Below, one piece after another: positions 58,582-64,000 of a stretch of 64,000 nt of DNA. The notes under the pieces were generated by a model that worked only from the letters and a program-made list of their open reading frames with translations, was not told the DNA's origin and did no database searches. Every line of letters begins with the position of its first letter. Position 1 is the first letter of the stretch. The position numbers and the translations under genes were made by a program. This stretch comes from Polyangiaceae bacterium (GTDB lineage: Bacteria > Myxococcota_A > Polyangia > Polyangiales > Polyangiaceae), in the NCBI GenBank assembly GCA_965222375.1, contig CBDCTZ010000016.1:1824001-1888000 (forward strand), written 5' to 3'.

Positions 58582-60395
58582 TTCGCAAGCTGATTGCGCT
58601 TGGGGCCATCGCGTTGTTGGCGACGGGCGCGTGTCGAGGCCGACCCCGCTCCGGGCCGGTGACCAAGACCAAGCAGTCGAGCGCCTTCTTGAGTCTGTCG
58701 TCCAAGAAGGTCGTGGAGTTTGATCTCACGGGTGGCGTTCCCGAAGGCACCGACGGTGGTGGTTTTTTCCCCTTGCCTGCGAATCGAACCTTCACTGGCT
58801 TGGTTCGCGCTTTCGAGCGTGCAGCGCGGGATCAGGACGCCAAGGGCGTGCTCGTGCGTTTGGGCGGTGCCCGCCTGGGCTACTCCAAGAGCGAGGAGAT
58901 TGCGCGGCTGCTGACGGGGCTGCGGGATGCGGGCAAGCCGGTGGTGTGCCACGCGCACGCGCTGAGTAACGCAACCACGATGCTGGTGCTGAAGGCCTGC
59001 GATCGTTTGTGGCTCAGCCCAGCGGGCGAGGTGGAGACTGTCGGCCTGGCCGGGCAGGTCGTCTACTTCAAGGGTGCCTTGGACAAGTTCAAGATCCGCG
59101 CGGATTTTGTTCGCGCCGGCAAGTACAAGAGTGCCGTCGAGTCCTTCACGAATGACGGTCCCAGCGATGCTGCGCGGAAGAGTACGACTGGCGTATTGCG
59201 CTCTATTCGCAAGACCTGGCTGGACACGACGAAGAAGACGACCCGCAAGGTCAAAGACCTGGGCAAGAGCATGGAGCTCGGCCCCTGGAGTGCCCGGGAG
59301 GCCAAGCAGCGCGGCTTCGTCGATGAGCTGGGCTACGAGTCCGAAGCCCTTGCGGACGCCAAGCAGCGCGCCGGCGCCGAGCGGGTCAAGGCGCTATTCG
59401 GCAAGAGCTCTGCCCCCGAGGAGGGGCCGAACTTTGGCGAGATGATTCGGATCTTGGCCGGCGCCGACGAGGGCTCCGGGCGACCCCATGTGGCCGTGGT
59501 GGTGGCGGAAGGCGCCATCACGATGCAGAGCGGCGGCTTGTTCGGCGGGGGCATCACCGCCAAGGCCATGGAGAAGGTCTTGCGTCGGTTGAAGAAGTCG
59601 GACGCTGCCAAAGCAGTGGTTTTGCGAATCGACTCCCCGGGGGGCTCTGCTCTGGCCAGCGACCTGATTTGGCACGAGCTGATGGAGCTGAAGAAGAAAA
59701 AGCCGGTCATCGTCTCGATTGGCAGCATGGCGGCCAGCGGTGGCTACTATATCGCTTGTCCTGCAGATCGGATCTTCGCCGAGCGCTCCAGCATTGTCGG
59801 TTCAATCGGCGTGTTTGGCGGAAAGCTCGCCCTGGGGGAAGCCCTCGGCGAGTACGGTATTACCAGCGCGACGTTCCCCGCCGCGGACGATCCGGATGCA
59901 CAAGCTCGGGCCACCTATCTCTCCGGGCTGACTCGCTGGGACGAAAAGACCAAGCAGCGGGTTCAGAAGAACGTGCTGGATATCTACAGGCTGTTTCTGG
60001 AGCGCGTTGCGACCGGGCGCGGGCAAACGCCGGCGCAAGTGAAGAAGAGCGCCGAGGGGCGGATCTGGTCGGGCACCCAAGGGCTCAATCGCAAGCTGGT
60101 GGACGAACTGGGCGGACTCAGCGAAGCCATTGCTGAAGCGAAGAAGCGGGCCAGTCTGGACGAGCGCGCACCCGTGGTGCTCGAGGGCGGGCGTGAGAGC
60201 CTGTTGGATGCGCTGCTGGTTGGAGACAGCGCATCGGAGCGACAAATCGCCGAAGCCGCCTTGCGCGCCAGCTCCCAGCGAGCCATGGCGCAGCAACTGC
60301 CGCAGCAGTGGCGTCCCTTCCTCGCTTCCATCAGCCCACTGATGTACGGGGAGCGCACCGTCGCAGCACTGCCCTTGGCGTTTCGGCTTCGCTAG
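58578..60395 (+). CDS. sppA: Signal peptide peptidase SppA (S49, two-domain form)
   Basis: GKYKSAVE, LRIDSPGGSALASD, AASGGYY, GSIGV, EGRIWSG, LVDELGG. Confidence 0.92.
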   Translation: MIRKLIALGAIALLATGACRGRPRSGPVTKTKQSSAFLSLSSKKVVEFDLTGGVPEGTDGGGFFPLPANRTFTGLVRAFERAARDQDAKGVLVRLGGARLGYSKSEEIARLLTGLRDAGKPVVCHAHALSNATTMLVLKACDRLWLSPAGEVETVGLAGQVVYFKGALDKFKIRADFVRAGKYKSAVESFTNDGPSDAARKSTTGVLRSIRKTWLDTTKKTTRKVKDLGKSMELGPWSAREAKQRGFVDELGYESEALADAKQRAGAERVKALFGKSSAPEEGPNFGEMIRILAGADEGSGRPHVAVVVAEGAITMQSGGLFGGGITAKAMEKVLRRLKKSDAAKAVVLRIDSPGGSALASDLIWHELMELKKKKPVIVSIGSMAASGGYYIACPADRIFAERSSIVGSIGVFGGKLALGEALGEYGITSATFPAADDPDAQARATYLSGLTRWDEKTKQRVQKNVLDIYRLFLERVATGRGQTPAQVKKSAEGRIWSGTQGLNRKLVDELGGLSEAIAEAKKRASLDERAPVVLEGGRESLLDALLVGDSASERQIAEAALRASSQRAMAQQLPQQWRPFLASISPLMYGERTVAALPLAFRLR

Positions 60396-60464
60396 CGACG
60401 GCGTTTTCAGCGCGCCGGATTCGTGGCTGCTACGGCGCAGGCGAGCGCAGGCGGTTTCGTTTTG

Positions 60465-60525
60465 TTGGTTTGGTTGGGGTCGCGACGCTGGTGCGAAGTG
60501 GGCCGCTACTCTCGACGTGGGCCAC
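60465..60525 (+). repeat. Dispersed intergenic motif, copy 6
   Basis: ttggtttggttGGGGTCG-N17-GGGCCGCTACTCTCG-N5-GGCCAC. Confidence 0.8.
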
Positions 60526-60710
60526 TCACCAACTGCAATCGAGAGTTTGCGTGCGATCTCGCAATTCGGATTGGCCGCATGCATACCGTGCGGGCAACAA
60601 CATCGTGCTCACCAATGGCCGCGGCGAGATGTGTCGTGTCAAGGACAGCGCCCCTGCGGCCGCCCCGCGTGGGTGTTCCGGTGGCAGTGTGCGTTGTTCG
60701 GTTCAACAGA

Positions 60711-60935
60711 ATGTGGGAAGAGCCGTGTGTGGAGTTCGGCCAACTGTCCCCGGAGCAGCGCGACCTAGTGGCCCAAATGCAGCCACTATGGGAGCGCGCC
60801 CACCGCATCGTCGAGCGACAGCCCGCCCTGGATATCTCGGACGTTTTTCACGCGCTGCGGAATCTGCAACGCACGCCGTCGGAGCGCCTTCGCCGCGCCG
60901 TAACCTATGGTCGACCTCGCGCTAACGCCCGCTGA
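60711..60935 (+). CDS. Small protein overlapping the nucleotidyltransferase gene (antitoxin-like partner)
   Basis: 74 aa; LQRTPSERLR motif; overlaps the downstream start. Confidence 0.6.
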   Translation: MWEEPCVEFGQLSPEQRDLVAQMQPLWERAHRIVERQPALDISDVFHALRNLQRTPSERLRRAVTYGRPRANAR

Positions 60936-61371
60936 ACGAACCTTTTTGGAGGCCCTCGACCAGTTGGGGGTGCGCTACCTGATCGTGGGGCTGGGTGCAG
61001 CGGTACTTCAGGGCGCGGACACAGTTACTGCCGACATCGACTTGTGGTTTGCGAATCGCGAGGATCCGGGGATCGCCGAGGCGGCACGACGCGCCGGTGG
61101 CGTCTGGGTTCCGGCTAGCTTCGGAATGATGCCGCCGATGCTGGGCGGCAATGAATTGGGAGACCGCTTTGATGTTGTGCTCAAACTGTCGGGGCTCAAT
61201 GAATTCGACGTGGAGGCACGCGCTGCGAAATCAATAGAGGTGGACGGCCTAGCTGTGCCCGTTTTGCCCCTCGAGCGCATCATTCATTCCAAACGTAGCG
61301 CCGGCCCTGCGAAGGACCTCGCAGTGCTACCAGCACTCGAGGCGGCGCTTGCTGCGTCCCAGGACGTCTGA
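60907..61371 (+). CDS. Pol-beta-like nucleotidyltransferase (AbiEii/DUF6036-like)
   Basis: YLIVGLGAAVLQG, TADIDLW, LERIIHSK..KD. Confidence 0.8.
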   Translation: MVDLALTPAERTFLEALDQLGVRYLIVGLGAAVLQGADTVTADIDLWFANREDPGIAEAARRAGGVWVPASFGMMPPMLGGNELGDRFDVVLKLSGLNEFDVEARAAKSIEVDGLAVPVLPLERIIHSKRSAGPAKDLAVLPALEAALAASQDV

Positions 61372-61395
61372 GGGGATTCCCCTGGTCATGTCGCC

Positions 61396-61545
61396 GGCGT
61401 AGGTCGAAAGCCCACCTGGGATGTGCTCGGGCCCTCCCGGGCCTGCGCGACCTCATGTCCCCGCCGTGGGGCTCTTGACCACGGAACTGCCGTGCGAAGC
61501 GGTCCGGGTCTGGCGCGCCGGAGCGAATCCCTCCCTCTTCGCAAC
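61396..61545 (+). pseudogene. Degenerate 3' half of tRNA-Ser interrupted at the T-loop by ~100 nt
   Basis: 61396-61416 matches the variable arm of the intact tRNA (19/21); 61524-61545 matches 61721-61742 (21/22). Confidence 0.7.
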
Positions 61546-61605
61546 ACAGGACGGACGCAGGTTCAGCATGGAAAGCGTGCTGAGCGGTAGGCAAGGCCAA
61601 TTGTC

Positions 61606-61633
61606 TTGACGAAGCTGGTGGGACGGGTAGCTT
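61606..61633 (+). promoter_or_regulatory. Putative sigma70 promoter of tRNA-Ser
   Basis: TTGACG-N16-TAGCTT ending 17 nt upstream of the tRNA. Confidence 0.5.
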
Positions 61634-61650
61634 TCGGCGTCCGTCAACTG

Positions 61651-61738
61651 GGAGAGGTGACCGAGTGGCCGAAGGTACCCGCTTGCTAAGCGGGCGTAGG
61701 TCAAAAGCCTACCGAGGGTTCGAATCCCTCCCTCTCCG
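61651..61738 (+). tRNA. tRNA-Ser(GCT), CCA not encoded
   Basis: Acceptor GGAGAGG/CCTCTCC-G; anticodon arm CCCGC-TTGCTAA-GCGGG; long variable arm; T-arm GAGGG-TTCGAAT-CCCTC. Confidence 0.95.
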
Positions 61739-61991
61739 CAACTCAATGTGCGAGCAACGTGCGGGCACCGAGGGTGTGCTCGGTCCTGCGGGCCTGCGCG
61801 ACCTGATGTCACAAGGCTAGGGCAGGCAAAGCAGAGCTACCAAGCGAACCGACGATGGGCTGATAGGGAGAAGGGTTGTTCCCGCACGGTAGCCACAAAG
61901 GTCCCAGGGCGGGTTGGCAACTTGTTCGGCCCACTGCAGATGTCAGTTGCGCGAAATGTGTACGGCGCCCACCCATCGGGCGGGAACACTG

Positions 61992-62036
61992 TGTCGGGCA
62001 ACGGCGATGCTGAGTTGCGGAGTTTGCGCCGGCGAC
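61992..62036 (+). repeat. Left copy of a ~46-bp imperfect inverted repeat flanking the HNH gene
   Basis: TGTCGG..GCGATGCTGAGTTGC..GCGCCGGCGAC, about 36/46 identical to the reverse complement of 63948-63993. Confidence 0.75.
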
Positions 62037-62382
62037 GGGGTTGAATCCGACCGGAAGGGGCTTCGATGCGGGCGGGCCTTGGGGGGCCCGCCACATCTGC
62101 ATCTCCGCCGGGGCGCCGGCGCCAAAGTTGTCAGAGAAGGATCGAGAAGTGCGTGCGCGAGTGACGAAGAGTTTCCACGCTTGTGACGCACTTTGTGCTT
62201 GACGGGTTTCTGGGCGACGTCGTTTGAGTTTTCGAGACTAGCGATTCAAGTGCGCGGTGCGCACGCGAGATTGAAGCCCAAGGGCGCTTCGACTTCGAAA
62301 CGACTTCGCCGGTAGCCGCATCGCCGAAACGCCAACTGCGGGCCAGCGGTGAAGGTAATTATCCCCGTGTTACGAAAGAAAC

Positions 62383-63723
62383 ATGGACACTCTCGACTCT
62401 CTCAGCAACGAACAACTCCTCACGCGGCTGCCGGTGCTCTGCTCCGAAGAGCGACGGGCGACCGCTGAGGTCATCGTGTATTTGGCGGAGGTCGAGCGTC
62501 GAAAACTCTACCTCCAGGAGGCCTGTTCCTCGCTGTTTGCGTTCTGCGTCGAGCGGCTTGGCTACTCGGAGCAAGCTGCCCTGAAGCGAATGCGCGTAGC
62601 TCGCCTCTACCTGGAGCTGCCGCAGATCCTCGACGAGCTGAAAAGCGGAGCAATTCACCTGACCGGGCTCTTCCTGCTCTCGGGTCATCTAACCGAAGAC
62701 AATGCGGAGTCGCTGCTGGCCGAGGCTCGCGGCAAGACCCGCCGTGAGCTCGAACTCGTGATTGCACGCTGGTTCCCGAGGCCTGATGTACTGGCCAGCA
62801 TCACGCCCCTCGGGGCGGAATCAACTCGTCCTGGGATCGGCGCAGTCGCCGCTAACCCCGCGAAGAAGGAAGTTTCCGCCGACGCGGCCGACGGACTTAC
62901 CTATCCTGGGACGAGCGATTGCCTCGACCTCGCCGGAACCGCGGGCGACGCTACCTATCCTGAGACGAGTGACTGCCTTGGCGCCGGTGAATCTCGCGGA
63001 AGCGGACGAAGTCAGCATCGAGTGAAGCCGCTCTCCGCGCAGAGCTACCGAGTCGAGTTCACCGCTAGCGCGGAGCTTCACGCGAAACTCGAACGCGCCC
63101 AGAACTTGCTCAGCCACGCGGTGGCGCCGGCGAACCTGGGAGAGCTCTTCGAGCGTGCGTTGGACGAGCTCATCGCGAAGGAGACCAAGCGCCGACAAGG
63201 CGTTGTGAGCGACAAGTCCCGCAAGCTCCGGTCGCTCAAAGAAGACTCTCGACACGTGCCCGTCTCGGTGGCTCGAGAGGTGTGGGAGCGCGACGAGTCC
63301 CGATGCACCTTTGTCGACGCGCACGGACGGCGCTGCAGCGAGAAACGCTATGTGACCCTGGAACACGTGGACCCACACGCTCGCGGTGGTCCTCCCAGTG
63401 TCCACAATCTCTGTCTACTTTGCGGACCTCACAACCAAGACGCGGCCAGGCGCGAGTTCGGTGAGGACCACATCCGGCGCAAGCGGCGAGAGCGCGAAGC
63501 CTATTCGAAAGCGGGAAAGGTGCTGGTTGGCCTCGGATTCAAACGCAAGCAGGTCAACTCCGCACTGGACACGCTCCGAGAGCGCGGGATTGAACCCGAG
63601 GTCGAAGCGTTGTATCCCGTCAAGCAGATCGCACCGCACTCTGGTGCCACAGAGAAACCAGCTGAGTCGGGGGCTCACGCTGGGCCGCGCCGCGCTGTTG
63701 AGCAAGAACCTATCGCGCGGTGA
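62383..63723 (+). CDS. HNH endonuclease-domain protein (DUF222-like N-terminus, RuvA-C-like tail)
   Basis: LAEVERRKLY..SSLFAFC..LGYSE; VWERDESRCTF..C..LEHVDP..GG..NLCLLCGPHN; LVGLGFK. Confidence 0.85.
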   Translation: MDTLDSLSNEQLLTRLPVLCSEERRATAEVIVYLAEVERRKLYLQEACSSLFAFCVERLGYSEQAALKRMRVARLYLELPQILDELKSGAIHLTGLFLLSGHLTEDNAESLLAEARGKTRRELELVIARWFPRPDVLASITPLGAESTRPGIGAVAANPAKKEVSADAADGLTYPGTSDCLDLAGTAGDATYPETSDCLGAGESRGSGRSQHRVKPLSAQSYRVEFTASAELHAKLERAQNLLSHAVAPANLGELFERALDELIAKETKRRQGVVSDKSRKLRSLKEDSRHVPVSVAREVWERDESRCTFVDAHGRRCSEKRYVTLEHVDPHARGGPPSVHNLCLLCGPHNQDAARREFGEDHIRRKRREREAYSKAGKVLVGLGFKRKQVNSALDTLRERGIEPEVEALYPVKQIAPHSGATEKPAESGAHAGPRRAVEQEPIAR

Positions 63724-63761
63724 CCACAGGACTGACGCCGCAGCAAACGTATGCAGAGCTT

Positions 63762-63910
63762 TGACTCGCGCAGCTCCCCTAGTCCAAGCCCCGAACGCGC
63801 TGCATGTGCCCTGACTCGCGCGGCTCCGATAGTGCAAGCCAGGGCGCGCAGCACATGCTTTGACTTGCGCAGCTCCCTTGGTGCAAGCCTCGGGCGCGCC
63901 GCTCGCAGTT
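63762..63910 (+). repeat. Three imperfect tandem repeats of 49-50 bp
   Basis: Units start at 63762, 63812 and 63861 with TGACTYGCGCRGCTCC..GTSCAAGCC..CGCGC. Confidence 0.85.
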
Positions 63911-63947
63911 CGCGCTCTTTCACTCCCCACCAGATGAGACGACGCCA

Positions 63948-63993
63948 GTCGCCGGCGCGTTTTTCAGCAACTCAGCATCGCGGTCGTCCGACA
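63948..63993 (-). repeat. Right copy of the ~46-bp inverted repeat
   Basis: Reverse complement TGTCGGACGACCGCGATGCTGAGTTGCTGAAAAACGCGCCGGCGAC. Confidence 0.75.
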
Positions 63994-64000
63994 AGTTGTC

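Noticed and set aside
61524..61742. attL/attR of a prophage or genomic island
   Set aside because: The two copies are only ~200 bp apart and no integrase is present; treated instead as an interrupted tRNA fragment
62383..63723. Cas9/IscB-like RNA-guided nuclease
   Set aside because: HNH only; no RuvC motifs or PLMP start recognised
63762..63910. CRISPR array
   Set aside because: Only three degenerate units, the intervening parts resemble each other, and no cas genes are in the window

Overview
GC-rich bacterial chromosomal segment, most likely Myxococcota (Polyangiales-like). This rests on a MYXO-CTERM sorting signal, many Gly/Cys-rich lipoproteins, and Uma2 and HNH-type accessory genes; it is an inference, not a database result. 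(1) A ~17.5 kb co-oriented anaerobic-type redox operon (12305-29778): hemerythrin, an intact 2-oxoacid:ferredoxin oxidoreductase alpha/beta pair, two very large PFOR-fold proteins that have lost their catalytic/TPP motifs but keep Fe-S motifs and are interleaved with rnfB and rnfCDGEA, a 53-aa Cys-rich membrane peptide absent from the ORF track, and a rubrerythrin/ferritin-like gene. (2) A cytochrome c4 plus heme-copper oxidase operon (40980-46195) whose subunit I keeps the D proton channel but appears to lack the canonical K-channel residues. (3) A ~65-bp conserved, fixed-spacing intergenic motif present at least six times in both orientations. (4) A tRNA-Ser(GCT) locus with tRNA-derived fragments interrupted at the T-loop by the same short sequence, a nucleotidyltransferase gene pair, and an HNH gene bracketed by inverted repeats. 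(5) A four-helix-bundle gene behind a hexamer-based array and an RBS-sequestering hairpin. (6) Housekeeping and accessory genes (sixA, trpF, sppA, sspB, ECF sigma module, DUF1501/DUF1800) and several frameshifted genes. All product calls come from motif recognition by eye.
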